Shown piece after piece: positions 25,298 to 34,896 of a stretch of 48,549 bases of DNA (its first letter is position 1; the number at the start of each line of letters is the position of its first letter). The notes beneath the pieces were generated by a model. The model saw only the letters and a program-made list of their open reading frames with translations. It was not told the origin of the DNA and did no database searches. The stretch is from Calditrichota bacterium (lineage in GTDB: Bacteria > Calditrichota > Calditrichia > RBG-13-44-9 > J042). The translations under genes and the position numbers were made by a program. The DNA lies in assembly GCA_003696445.1 (NCBI GenBank), contig RFHE01000010.1, positions 1 through 48,549 on the forward strand. The letters are read 5' to 3'.

Positions 25298-27454
25298 TTA
25301 TAGTAAGTGCCATCTTTTACGCAGAAACCATTCCAGGGCCAGTAAGGCAACAATCACAATCAGCCAAATTGGACCGCGGCCAACAGGGCGTTCCCAGGTA
25401 GCATAATGTACCCGACTTGGGAATGTCCGATCCGGAAAGTCATGGAGAAATCCTTGCACCGAGTAAAAGCGGCCTTCCGTCTGATGGGCAAGGGCCTTTA
25501 AAACCTCCGGTCGAGCCGATATCTGTTGAAATTCTAGATAAAAGGGACGCACAATGACCCTGCCGTTACGCCGGCCGATCTCGCGGCCCTCCTTGCGAGC
25601 AATGATAGTGTACCGATATTCGCCCTCCGGCAAGCCTGAAAGGCTCAATTGATACTTGCCACCGCCGGTGGGATTAAACTCATCCTGGCGGGAAAACCCA
25701 TCCGGCCCGCTGAGCCGAATAGAAACCTGAGCACCAGCAAGGGGCCGGTAGAGGGCATCGTACACGGCACCGCTAAATTGCACGGATTCGCCCAGGTTCA
25801 CCGTTCTGCGCACTGGCTTAATTTGCACCTGATGAAGGGTTTCTCGATTGACGCTCCAGCGGACCAGCCGTTCGAGAAATTGCACAAAAAAGCGATCCCG
25901 CTGCGGGTCGTCCTGTAATTGAAAATGCCAGAACCCCCATCCCGCACTGGCCAGCACAACCTGTTTTTGCCCCCTGGAACGGAACACATACAGAACGGGG
26001 AGCTTGGCTCTGCTGCCGCCGTTGGCCTGGCCGACAACCAGAACCTGGCTTCCGGGCACCAATTGCAGACCACGCAACATTTCAATGGGCGGCAACTCCT
26101 GCCACAACTGCGCGGAGCGCTGAGGGTCGTCCGCGACATCAATTAAGGGGTGGGCTTCCGCCAGGTTGGTTAAATGCACGATTTGTTTACCCGACGAAAC
26201 CAGAGTGGCTCCGGGTTTAAACGGCAAAACAGCCTGAAACGCTGCCAGCTTTTTTAAATCGGTCCGCTTGTTCAGGAACCAGACCAAGGGCAGCTTTCTG
26301 CGTTTGGCCTCGGTGAGCAAGGTTACCAGCTGAGCAGCAGAGCTTCTGGAGGTGGGGAAACCGTGCAGCACAATCAAATCCAGCGAATCGAGCGGCAGCC
26401 GGGCAAAATCGCCTTCAAAGTAGGTGCCGGTGCCCCTTTCGGTACGAAAGAGAAATTGAAAATCGGCCAGTTGGCCGGCCACGTAGCCCAGCATTTGCCG
26501 ATCGAAATCCGGCGAGCCGCTCATCACCAGGATTCGTTGTTTGCGTTTCAACACGGTAATCAGCGTTTCCTGGGCATTGTTGAGTGGGGTAATTTCCCCC
26601 TCCAGAGCCGGAAGGCTAACGCGCAACCGAACTTCGCCTTCCCGGAAAGGCTTCCAGCTAAGGGAAATGCGCTGCTCCAGTCCATCCCGGCCCAACACCA
26701 CGGGCCGAGTGGCCACCACGCGCTTCCCCAGCCTGGCCTGCACCACCACTTTTTTGCCGGCATAGCCGTGCTGCCGAATGATTACCTGCAAAGGCAATTC
26801 ATCCCCCAGATAGGCTACCGGATTGGTTTCCAACCGCACAATCTGTAAATCTCGTGGAGGCGCCGGATCGCCAACCAACACGGTGTACACGGGTACAGCA
26901 AGCTTTTGCCCCAGGCTTACCGGGTCCACCCCCTGATTGAAGATGCCGTCGCTAACCAGGACGATGGCCTGGAGGTTTTGATTGATCAGGCTGTCCTGCA
27001 CAGCCAGCAAAGCGGCGGCCATGTTGGTACCATCCACCGAAAAATCCAAGCTGTCATCTTCAAGGGCATGCACGTCTGTATCGAAAGCAAAAACGGACCA
27101 GCGCAGGCTGTCGTGTTGGATGCGCTGTTGCAATTGCTCCCAGAGGTAAAGCAAAGAATCGGCCCGACGACCGGACTGATCCTGGATTTTCATGCTGGCC
27201 GAATTATCCAGAAGCAGCGCTATTATGGGCGGCCGTTCTTCCTGGTTTACCGCCTCCAGAACAGGATTCATTAAAAGTAAAAACACCAGCAACAACACCA
27301 AAGCCCGCAACGCGCGAAGCAATAACTTCCGGCGGAAATTTAAAGGGGGCAAAGGGCGCCAGTAATAAACATAGGCCAGGCCTGCTAATAGGGCCGCGCC
27401 CAGCAGAACAAGCAGGGTAGGCCAACTAAATCCAACATGCCATTGAGTTCCCAT
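25298..27454 (-). CDS. Membrane-anchored VWA domain protein (BatA-like N-terminus, C-terminal TM anchor)
   Basis: N-terminal TM helices are followed by the MIDAS motif LLDNSAS and VLVSDG. A mid-region and an Ig-like segment follow, then the final TM segment IWLIVIVALLALEWF. Its start lies 5 nt from the tsaD stop. Confidence 0.65.
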   Translation of the reverse strand: MGTQWHVGFSWPTLLVLLGAALLAGLAYVYYWRPLPPLNFRRKLLLRALRALVLLLVFLLLMNPVLEAVNQEERPPIIALLLDNSASMKIQDQSGRRADSLLYLWEQLQQRIQHDSLRWSVFAFDTDVHALEDDSLDFSVDGTNMAAALLAVQDSLINQNLQAIVLVSDGIFNQGVDPVSLGQKLAVPVYTVLVGDPAPPRDLQIVRLETNPVAYLGDELPLQVIIRQHGYAGKKVVVQARLGKRVVATRPVVLGRDGLEQRISLSWKPFREGEVRLRVSLPALEGEITPLNNAQETLITVLKRKQRILVMSGSPDFDRQMLGYVAGQLADFQFLFRTERGTGTYFEGDFARLPLDSLDLIVLHGFPTSRSSAAQLVTLLTEAKRRKLPLVWFLNKRTDLKKLAAFQAVLPFKPGATLVSSGKQIVHLTNLAEAHPLIDVADDPQRSAQLWQELPPIEMLRGLQLVPGSQVLVVGQANGGSRAKLPVLYVFRSRGQKQVVLASAGWGFWHFQLQDDPQRDRFFVQFLERLVRWSVNRETLHQVQIKPVRRTVNLGESVQFSGAVYDALYRPLAGAQVSIRLSGPDGFSRQDEFNPTGGGKYQLSLSGLPEGEYRYTIIARKEGREIGRRNGRVIVRPFYLEFQQISARPEVLKALAHQTEGRFYSVQGFLHDFPDRTFPSRVHYATWERPVGRGPIWLIVIVALLALEWFLRKRWHLL

Positions 27455-27459
27455 TCGGC

Positions 27460-28479
27460 TCAGGACTCCTTCCCATCAATGCGCAGATATGGGATGGCAT
27501 TGAGATCCAGCGAAGCGTATCGGCCTGCCTTCAAATGTTCCAGGCCGGCACGGGCAATCATGGCAGCATTGTCTGTACAATACTTTAAAGGGGGGAAGTA
27601 CACCAGCAGATGGAATTTTTTCGCCTCCTGAGTCATCAAGGATCGCAAAAGCGAATTGGCAGCCACACCGCCGGCAACGGCAATTTGCCTGACCTGATAG
27701 CGCCGGGCGGCCCGAATGGTGCGTTCTACCAGGACCTCCACCGCCGCCATCTGAAAGGATGCACAAATGTCTGCCAGCTGGCGTTTTTTTTCCTCCTCGG
27801 TAAGTGCTTGCAGGTAATTGAGCACCGCCGTTTTCAAACCACTGTAACTGAAATCCAACGTGTCCTCCCCGCGCAGTGCTCTGGGAAAGGGGATGGCATC
27901 CGGATTACCATCTCTGGCCAGACGATCGATATGGGGCCCACCTGGATAGGGCAGCCCGAGCAGTTTGGCCACTTTGTCGAACGCCTCACCCACCGCATCG
28001 TCCCGGGTCTCTCCAAGAATGCGATAGGTAAGATGGGCCTGAACCAGGATGATCTGGGTATGCCCGCCAGAAACGATCAGGCAAAGAAAAGGCGGTTCAA
28101 GCTGCTCGTTTTCCAGGAAATTGGAATAGATATGGCCTTCGATGTGATTAACGCCGACAAACGGTTTCCCTAGGGCCAGCGATAGGCCCTTCACATAATT
28201 TACCCCAACCAGTAGCGCCCCCACCAGTCCCGGACCATAAGTCACTGCAAAACCATCCAGATCGGAAAAATTTAGGGCGGCCTTCTGTAGGGCCTGCTGG
28301 ACAATGGGTACAATTTTTCGTAAATGAGCGCGAGAGGCCAGTTCCGGCACTACACCGCCAAACTGCTGGTGAACCCACTGGGAGGAGATCACGCTGGAAA
28401 GTACCCGGCCCTCTTCCAGCACAGCTGCCGAGGTTTCGTCGCAGGAGGTTTCCACACCCAGAATTCGCCTAACCTTCAT
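27460..28479 (-). CDS. tsaD: tRNA N6-adenosine threonylcarbamoyltransferase TsaD
   Basis: Carries ILGVETSCDETSAAV, NHIEGHI and CTDNAAMIA. The start is trimmed to the ATG at 28479 (MKVRRILG), 4 nt after the upstream stop. Confidence 0.93.
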   Translation of the reverse strand: MKVRRILGVETSCDETSAAVLEEGRVLSSVISSQWVHQQFGGVVPELASRAHLRKIVPIVQQALQKAALNFSDLDGFAVTYGPGLVGALLVGVNYVKGLSLALGKPFVGVNHIEGHIYSNFLENEQLEPPFLCLIVSGGHTQIILVQAHLTYRILGETRDDAVGEAFDKVAKLLGLPYPGGPHIDRLARDGNPDAIPFPRALRGEDTLDFSYSGLKTAVLNYLQALTEEEKKRQLADICASFQMAAVEVLVERTIRAARRYQVRQIAVAGGVAANSLLRSLMTQEAKKFHLLVYFPPLKYCTDNAAMIARAGLEHLKAGRYASLDLNAIPYLRIDGKES

Positions 28480-28483
28480 GCCG

Positions 28484-29425
28484 TCATTCCAGCCGCTTCT
28501 TCTGTACAACCAGCTCAAAATGGCTGGGTTGAGATTCCATGTAAAGCAATTTGTAAGGTGTAACGATTCTCCCCTTAATCTGTTTCGCACCCGGTTTCCA
28601 ACTTCGCTTGAAATCGATTACCACTTGGAAATCCTCCGGCCTGGCCTGGGCCAGTATTTTCTCCCCACCCCGGATGTACAAGCGAACAAAGGATGGCAAG
28701 GGTAGAACCTCCAAATCTGGGGGCACATTGGTCACCCGAACCGGGACGTTTTCCAGCTCTTTTTCTGCAATTCGCTGCACATCGAAATATACGGTCACCT
28801 GCTCGGGCTCATAATGTGCTTCGAAAACCGAACTGGGCAGCAGTTTAAACGTTTCTTGCCGGGGCAGGTTTAAATCCCGCAAGGTTTTCTTTTCGGTAAA
28901 CACACGCTGGAGGGTGTCCACAAAACTGGCCGGCCCGCTCACCAGCACCGAATCGGGTTTGGGTGTCATGGCCACCAGTGTGTAACCGGCAAGCGTTGTA
29001 ACCGTGGCCTGTACCACAACCGGCACGTGGGTGGACTTGCAGTGGTCCACCTCGAAGACCATCTCAATGGGCCGAATAATGGACTTGACAGAAACATCCA
29101 ACTCCTCCGGATAACTAACAAATTCTGGATGCTCGGACAAATTAATAACCCGTCGCTTAGTTACATCGGAAAGGTCCACCCGGTAGGCCAGCCGGTAGAA
29201 CCGGAGCCGCAGCAAATCCATTCCCTTGCCGACAAATTGAACACGAACCTTGCGTGGAATGGGATATTTAAGACAATACTCCGGATTGTTGGTTGTAATT
29301 TGCAGGGGCACCTCCACGGCATAATCGTAAGTACGGTTTAGCTTAACGGTCAGCCAGAGGATAAAGGCCAGGCCGAGCACGGCCAGTTTGGTTTGGTAAT
29401 TTTGAAACAGGGGCGAGGGGTTCAT
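28484..29425 (-). CDS. YbbR-like domain-containing protein
   Basis: An N-terminal TM segment (LAVLGLAFILWL) is followed by repeated beta-rich YbbR-type modules (VPLQITT..., VPVVVQAT..., VPVRVTNVP...). Confidence 0.7.
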   Translation of the reverse strand: MNPSPLFQNYQTKLAVLGLAFILWLTVKLNRTYDYAVEVPLQITTNNPEYCLKYPIPRKVRVQFVGKGMDLLRLRFYRLAYRVDLSDVTKRRVINLSEHPEFVSYPEELDVSVKSIIRPIEMVFEVDHCKSTHVPVVVQATVTTLAGYTLVAMTPKPDSVLVSGPASFVDTLQRVFTEKKTLRDLNLPRQETFKLLPSSVFEAHYEPEQVTVYFDVQRIAEKELENVPVRVTNVPPDLEVLPLPSFVRLYIRGGEKILAQARPEDFQVVIDFKRSWKPGAKQIKGRIVTPYKLLYMESQPSHFELVVQKKRLE

Positions 29426-30219
29426 TGTTTCAGTTTCAGCTTCTGGCCGGGTTTTAAATTCAGTTTTTGCGCTGCACTGGCTCGGTTACAGGCCAATTGC
29501 AGGTAACCAGAGCTGTCCCAATTCAGTAGGCATTGCCCTTCGGCCACCTGCCCGAATGTTGCCAGCGGCCCCTGGACTAGGAGGGCTCCTACCTCCAGTT
29601 TGAGCGGTTGGGGAGAGCCCCAGGCCTCCCACTGGCTCCGATGCAGATTAAAAATAACGTTGCCAAAACGATCGATGTGCAGCACTTCTACTTGCCAGCT
29701 CGATTCAGTTAACGGCCGGGGATCTGTCCAGAAGCTTTCTGGTGGATGGGTGGGCTCCAGAAAAGGTTCGGCCTGGCCCAAGGCGATTTTGGCTGCCAGA
29801 GGGGCAAAGACGTCGCGCCCGTGGAACGTAGCGGACACCGGCCCGGCCAATCGTTCCTCCCTGATTCTAAACGCTGTGCCGGGATAGTCCTTCCACACCA
29901 GCGTAAAAACGCCGTTATCGGGTCCCACAAACCACCACTGTCCCGCCTTAAGTACAAGGCCGCGCCGATTGGTACCTACGCCGGGGTCCACCACCACCAA
30001 AAAAATGCTGTGAGCCGGGAAATAAGGAAAAGCATTGGCCAAACAAAAAGCCCCTGCCCGAACATTAAAGGGAGGGATCCGATGGGAAACGTCCACCAGC
30101 CGGGCAAAGGGAACCAAAGACAGTAAACGTCCCTTCAGGGCACCCACATACCCATCCTCTGTCCCAAAGTCGGTAAGTAAAGCAATAATGGGCTCTTTTT
30201 CGGCTTTCATCGCTGGCAT
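29422..30219 (-). CDS. SAM hydroxide adenosyltransferase / SAM hydrolase (DUF62, chlorinase-fluorinase family)
   Basis: Carries IIALLTDFGTEDGYVG, VVDPGVGTNRRG and FVGPDNGVF. Confidence 0.85.
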   Translation of the reverse strand: MPAMKAEKEPIIALLTDFGTEDGYVGALKGRLLSLVPFARLVDVSHRIPPFNVRAGAFCLANAFPYFPAHSIFLVVVDPGVGTNRRGLVLKAGQWWFVGPDNGVFTLVWKDYPGTAFRIREERLAGPVSATFHGRDVFAPLAAKIALGQAEPFLEPTHPPESFWTDPRPLTESSWQVEVLHIDRFGNVIFNLHRSQWEAWGSPQPLKLEVGALLVQGPLATFGQVAEGQCLLNWDSSGYLQLACNRASAAQKLNLKPGQKLKLKQ

Positions 30220-31013
30220 TTTGGACAGAAGAAGGTGGATCGTTTATCAATCCAGATTCTTGCGATCGGCTCGCCACAGCGGAAACAGGGCTGGCCAGCA
30301 CGCTGGTACACCTTTAGGAAATGCTGATTTTGTCCGTTTTCGCCGGTCACCGTCCGATATGCACTGTAGGTGGTTCCAAATCGTTGTATGGCCGATTTTA
30401 GAACCCGCCTTATTGCCCCGTGCAGGCGCTGGATTTCCTCTTCGTTCAAGGAACAGGCCGGGCGCAGAGGCGAAATACCGGCTTCGAACAATATTTCGTT
30501 AGCGTAAATGTTACCAATCCCGGCCACTCTGGACTGATCCATTAAAAACCGCTTAATATTTAAACGCGTTAAATTTAGTAATTTCTTAAGCTTACTTAAA
30601 GTGAATTTTTTGTCCAGAGGTTCAGGGCCTAAGCCGGGAAAGCGGGGAGGCTGCCGATACAACCAAATTTTGCCAAACTTGCGGACGTCCTGGTAATAGA
30701 GCCACTTTCCGGAATCCCACTGGATGGCCAGGTGAATGTGCTGGGGAAACCGGCTTTGCTCCTTCGATTGTAAAAATATGCCAGACATACCCAGGTGAAA
30801 CACTGGATAGGCGCCCTCACAGTCAAAGATCAAGAATTTACCCCTTCGCTTTACAGCCTGAAGGCGCTTTCCTTCGAGCACAGACCTTAGTTGCTCCGGC
30901 GTGCAATTCTGCAAGAGCTGGGGTGTTCTCACCACCAAGCGCAGGATTCGCTTTCTCCGGAAAACGGCGTCCAATTGCTGGCGGATGGTTTCAACCTCCG
31001 GCAATTCCGGCAT
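30207..31013 (-). CDS. mutM: Formamidopyrimidine-DNA glycosylase
   Basis: N-terminus MPELPEVE and C-terminal zinc finger CFRCGEPI...CPKCQ. The start is trimmed to the ATG at 31013. Confidence 0.9.
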   Translation of the reverse strand: MPELPEVETIRQQLDAVFRRKRILRLVVRTPQLLQNCTPEQLRSVLEGKRLQAVKRRGKFLIFDCEGAYPVFHLGMSGIFLQSKEQSRFPQHIHLAIQWDSGKWLYYQDVRKFGKIWLYRQPPRFPGLGPEPLDKKFTLSKLKKLLNLTRLNIKRFLMDQSRVAGIGNIYANEILFEAGISPLRPACSLNEEEIQRLHGAIRRVLKSAIQRFGTTYSAYRTVTGENGQNQHFLKVYQRAGQPCFRCGEPIARIWIDKRSTFFCPKCQR

Positions 31014-31096
31014 CGGCTTTCTTCCCGGCTGTTTAACATCTCCACCGCACTGTCTAATCCCGTTGCACAACCATAGCGTTCTTTACTCGTTTTCCA

Positions 31097-31140
31097 CGAA
31101 ACAAAAATGGCGGAATGCCCTTTGGAAGCACTCCGCCATT
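31097..31140 (-). terminator. Rho-independent terminator downstream of lpd
   Basis: A perfect 9-bp stem AATGGCGGA / TCCGCCATT (31106-31114 and 31132-31140) is followed on the minus strand by TTTTGTTTCG. Confidence 0.7.
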
Positions 31141-31160
31141 TGAAGCGTTCCGCCGGCAGA

Positions 31161-32549
31161 CTAAATGTGAATTGGTTCTCCAATGGCTGCATGGGTGGCT
31201 TCGGCCACAATTTCGCTGAGCGTGGGATGAGGATGCACCGTGTGCAGAACTTCCATGTAGGTGGATTCCACAGATTTGGCCAGTGTCACTTCGGTAATCA
31301 ACTCGGTGGCCTCCGGCCCAATAATGTGGGCCCCCAGCAGTTCTCCATATTTTTTGTCGTAGATGATTTTGATGAAGCCTTCTGCTTCGCCCAGCGCCAG
31401 CGCTTTCCCGTTGGCTCGAATGGGGAATTTTCCTACCATAATGTCATAGCCTTCTTCGCGGGCTTTCTTTTCGGTAAGCCCTACCGAAGCGACCTGAGGA
31501 TTGCAATAAGTACAGCAGGGGATGGAACGGTAATCGATGGGGGTCACTTCCAGGCCAGCCATGTGCTCGACGGCCCGAATCCCTTCATGGGATGCCACAT
31601 GCGCCAGCCACGGGGGCCCAATAATGTCGCCGATGGCGTAAATATGAGGCACGTTGGTCTGGTAGTACTTATTGACTTTGATCCAGCCCTTTTCCGTCTG
31701 GATGCCGACAGTCTCCAGGCCCTGATTTTCCACATTGCCCTGCACACCGATGGCGATCAGTGCTTTTTCTGCACTTAGGACCTGCTTCTCCCCTTCTTTA
31801 CTCAGCTCCACTTTTACCATCTTTTTGGTTTTTTGAATCCCCTCAAGCCGGGTATTGGTTAAAAGCTCGATGCCCTGTTTTTTGAACGATTTTTCCAGCT
31901 CTCGGGAAACGTCTTCGTCCTCGGCGGGCAAAATGTGGGGCATCATTTCCACGAGGGTTACTTTGGAGCCGAGAGCGTTAAAGAAATATGCAAATTCAAC
32001 GCCGATGGCTCCAGCACCGATAATGACAATGCTCTTAGGCAATTTCTTCACCACCAGGGCATGCCGGTAAGTCATCACCTGCTCCCCATCCACTTCGATC
32101 CCGGGAATTGCCCTCGCCCTAGCACCGGTAGCAATCAGGATTTTCCTGGCGGTAATTTTGCGCTCACCCCCATCATTGAGCTGAACGGTCACCTCGTTGG
32201 CACCGGTTAATTGCCCGGTCCCCATGATGGTGTCCACTTTGTTTTTCTTCATCAGGTAGGCTACTCCCTTGGAGAGTTGTTCGGCTACCCTCCTGGAGCG
32301 CTGAATCACCTTTGGGAAATCGACATGAAACGTTTCGATGGGTAGGCCATAGGAGGCCGAATTTTGAAAGATCTGATGCAATTCCGCTGTGCGAAGTAAG
32401 GCTTTGGTTGGGATGCAACCCCAGTTAAGGCAAATCCCCCCAAGGTTCTCCCGCTCCACCAACCCTACCTTTTGCTTGAGCTGAGCAGCGCGAATCGCGG
32501 CCACGTAACCACCAGGTCCGGATCCAATAATCAGCACATCGTAATCCAT
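31161..32549 (-). CDS. lpd: Dihydrolipoyl dehydrogenase
   Basis: Carries IIGSGPGGY, the redox disulfide CLNWGCIPTK, a second Rossmann motif IIGAGAIGVE and the C-terminal HPHPTLSE. Confidence 0.93.
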   Translation of the reverse strand: MDYDVLIIGSGPGGYVAAIRAAQLKQKVGLVERENLGGICLNWGCIPTKALLRTAELHQIFQNSASYGLPIETFHVDFPKVIQRSRRVAEQLSKGVAYLMKKNKVDTIMGTGQLTGANEVTVQLNDGGERKITARKILIATGARARAIPGIEVDGEQVMTYRHALVVKKLPKSIVIIGAGAIGVEFAYFFNALGSKVTLVEMMPHILPAEDEDVSRELEKSFKKQGIELLTNTRLEGIQKTKKMVKVELSKEGEKQVLSAEKALIAIGVQGNVENQGLETVGIQTEKGWIKVNKYYQTNVPHIYAIGDIIGPPWLAHVASHEGIRAVEHMAGLEVTPIDYRSIPCCTYCNPQVASVGLTEKKAREEGYDIMVGKFPIRANGKALALGEAEGFIKIIYDKKYGELLGAHIIGPEATELITEVTLAKSVESTYMEVLHTVHPHPTLSEIVAEATHAAIGEPIHI

Positions 32550-32723
32550 GTATTCTTCCTCCTAAGTTGCCATTTCCGTTTTGGAAAAACCGAGTGGAAT
32601 ATACAGGCAAAATCAGGATAAAAAAACCAGCGCGATAAATGAATGGCCTCCCGGCCGAATGCTGCACTGTGGCGGCAAACAGGTTGGGAATCTTCCTTAT
32701 CCCCTTTCCCCGGCCCCATCTGC

Positions 32724-33611
32724 TCAGGAAGGCAAAATGCCCAGACGATGCAACACCAGCGTGAGCATCACCAACATCACGTACAAGTTAATGTAGCCAA
32801 AGGCTCGCCGGTAAATCAGGGATCGTGCCTGAGGTTTCAAAAGCCACCGGGATTTATACAACAGCCAACCCCCGTAACCCAGCAACAACAACTGAACGGT
32901 GGTAGAACGTCCAATCCCGTAAAGAGGCAGAGCCATCACCACCATCGCGGTGATGGCCAGCCACATAAACGTGAGACGCCCCAACTGAATTCTGTTAAAC
33001 GTACGGGTGAGGGAAGGAAAACCAGCTCGTTCGTAGTCCTGGCCAAAATTTAGCAGCAAAAGCCAGAAGTGGGGTATTTGCCAGACAAAAAACACCACCC
33101 CTAAAATAATAGCCTGTGGATCGAGCAGATTTCCCCCTGCCGCTGCCCAGCCGGCCAGTGGCGGAATGGCGCCAATGAGGGCACCGGGAAAAACGGCATA
33201 GGCGGTTCTTGTTTTCAGCGGGGTGTAGATGCCATTGTACCAGACCACGTTGAGCAGTCCCAGGGCCAGTGTAGTACGATTGGTGCCCAGGGCGAGTACG
33301 AGCGCTCCTAGCAACATCAGCAAAACGACGATTTTCAACGCATGGCTCGGGGAAACCAAGCCGGCTGGGATGGGCCGACCTTCGGTTCGACGCATCAACC
33401 GGTCTAATTCTCGTTCCTGATACTCATTTAAGGCCGCCGACCCGGCCGCAAGCAAAAAAATGCCGAGGGTTGCTGGAATAATTGGCCAGCTTAATTGCCC
33501 CGAATAAAGCACAACCCCGGCTGCCGTCGAAAGGGCAACCAGGGCTGCAATGCGTACTTTAATTAACTCCAGGTAAACGGAAAGAGGATTTCTCAATACA
33601 ATCGTATTCAT
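32724..33611 (-). CDS. ctaB: Protoheme IX farnesyltransferase (heme O synthase)
   Basis: UbiA-family motif NEYQERELDRLMRRTEGRPIPAG in a polytopic protein. It shares a 4-nt overlap with ctaC. Confidence 0.88.
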   Translation of the reverse strand: MNTIVLRNPLSVYLELIKVRIAALVALSTAAGVVLYSGQLSWPIIPATLGIFLLAAGSAALNEYQERELDRLMRRTEGRPIPAGLVSPSHALKIVVLLMLLGALVLALGTNRTTLALGLLNVVWYNGIYTPLKTRTAYAVFPGALIGAIPPLAGWAAAGGNLLDPQAIILGVVFFVWQIPHFWLLLLNFGQDYERAGFPSLTRTFNRIQLGRLTFMWLAITAMVVMALPLYGIGRSTTVQLLLLGYGGWLLYKSRWLLKPQARSLIYRRAFGYINLYVMLVMLTLVLHRLGILPS

Positions 33612-34582
33612 TTCAGCGTTTTCAGATACGCGATTACATCACGTATCTCCTGATCGGTCAGCTGCTGTGGCGGCATCAGCGGCTGATAACCTTTCACCAC
33701 TTTGGCACTGGGATTTTTGATCGATTCGATAACATAGGCTTCATCCACAACAACTTCTTGCTCCTTTCCATCCACTAGCACCGTCTCTTTGCGGCCGAAC
33801 AATCCTTTAAAGGAAGGTCCTACCAGCCGGGAGCCGTCTAACGAATGACAGGCGGTACAAGCACCTTTGCCCTGCACAATCCGCTTCCCTCTTTCCGGAT
33901 CCCCTTCACCGGTTTCTTCCCCGGCTTTTTTCTCTTCGCCCGCGGGTTTTTTGGCTTGGGCTACTGGAGCTGGGGCGGGCAATTCTTTGCTCGCCGAGGC
34001 ATACCAGGTATCGAACTCCTGCTGCGGCATGGCCCTTACCTCAGAAAGCATGTAAGAGTGCCGATCCCCACAGTATTCAGCACAAAGGACCTGATAAGAG
34101 CCAGGCTCGTTGGCCGTAAACCACATTTTTGTTGGGACACCGGGAACCGCATCTTGTTTAATCCGAAAGGCAGGAATGTAAAAACTGTGGATCACGTCTC
34201 TAGATTCCAAATGTAAAACCACCGGTTTACCGGCAGGCACATAAAGTGTGTCGGTAATCAAGCCGTTCTCGTATTCAAAAGTCCACTTCCACATGGCGCC
34301 GTAAACTTTTACTGGAAATGCATCTTTTGGAATGCTTTGCATCTCCCGGTAGCCAACCATGCCATAATAAAAAATAATCAGCACGAGAATGGTTGGAATA
34401 ACCGTCCAGAGCAGTTCCAGAGGCAGACTGCCATGAATGTTTTCGCCCTTAGGATGTTTCCGGTGATGATAATGAACGACAAAATAAATCATTGCCGCTG
34501 TTAAACCCAGAAAGAACACCACCGAAATGGTTATGACAAATAGAAACGTATTGTCAACCCGTCCCACAAAATTGGATATCAT
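33608..34582 (-). CDS. ctaC: Cytochrome c oxidase subunit II with fused C-terminal cytochrome c domain (caa3-type)
   Basis: Two N-terminal TM helices. CuA ligands are present (HSFYIP and CAEYCGDRHSYM), along with the heme c motif CTACHS and a distal Met region. Confidence 0.92.
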   Translation of the reverse strand: MISNFVGRVDNTFLFVITISVVFFLGLTAAMIYFVVHYHHRKHPKGENIHGSLPLELLWTVIPTILVLIIFYYGMVGYREMQSIPKDAFPVKVYGAMWKWTFEYENGLITDTLYVPAGKPVVLHLESRDVIHSFYIPAFRIKQDAVPGVPTKMWFTANEPGSYQVLCAEYCGDRHSYMLSEVRAMPQQEFDTWYASASKELPAPAPVAQAKKPAGEEKKAGEETGEGDPERGKRIVQGKGACTACHSLDGSRLVGPSFKGLFGRKETVLVDGKEQEVVVDEAYVIESIKNPSAKVVKGYQPLMPPQQLTDQEIRDVIAYLKTLK

Positions 34583-34595
34583 CTTTATCTACCCC

Positions 34596-34883
34596 TTACC
34601 TGAATAAAACGTCCAGAAACGTTAAGGATAAAAAGATTGCAAAGGTAATGATGACCACAAAAACCATCAGCCTGAATAAGATGGGCTCGAATTTCAAGTG
34701 CATGAAATAGTTCATTACCAGAAAGGTTTTAAACCCAGCAATCAGCAGCGCTACAGTAACCGTAAGGGCTTCCAAATTTATCCCGGACACAGATACGGTG
34801 AGGCCGGTGAAGACAAGTAGCCCCAACCAAACCAGTACGTAGGTGCCGTAACCAACACTATGCTCAGCTTGGTGATGTTCCAT
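34596..34883 (-). CDS. Cytochrome c oxidase subunit IV (small 3-TM prokaryotic type)
   Basis: 95 aa with three hydrophobic helices, located between subunits III and II. Confidence 0.65.
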   Translation of the reverse strand: MEHHQAEHSVGYGTYVLVWLGLLVFTGLTVSVSGINLEALTVTVALLIAGFKTFLVMNYFMHLKFEPILFRLMVFVVIITFAIFLSLTFLDVLFR

Positions 34884-34896
34884 TGCATTGCCTCCT

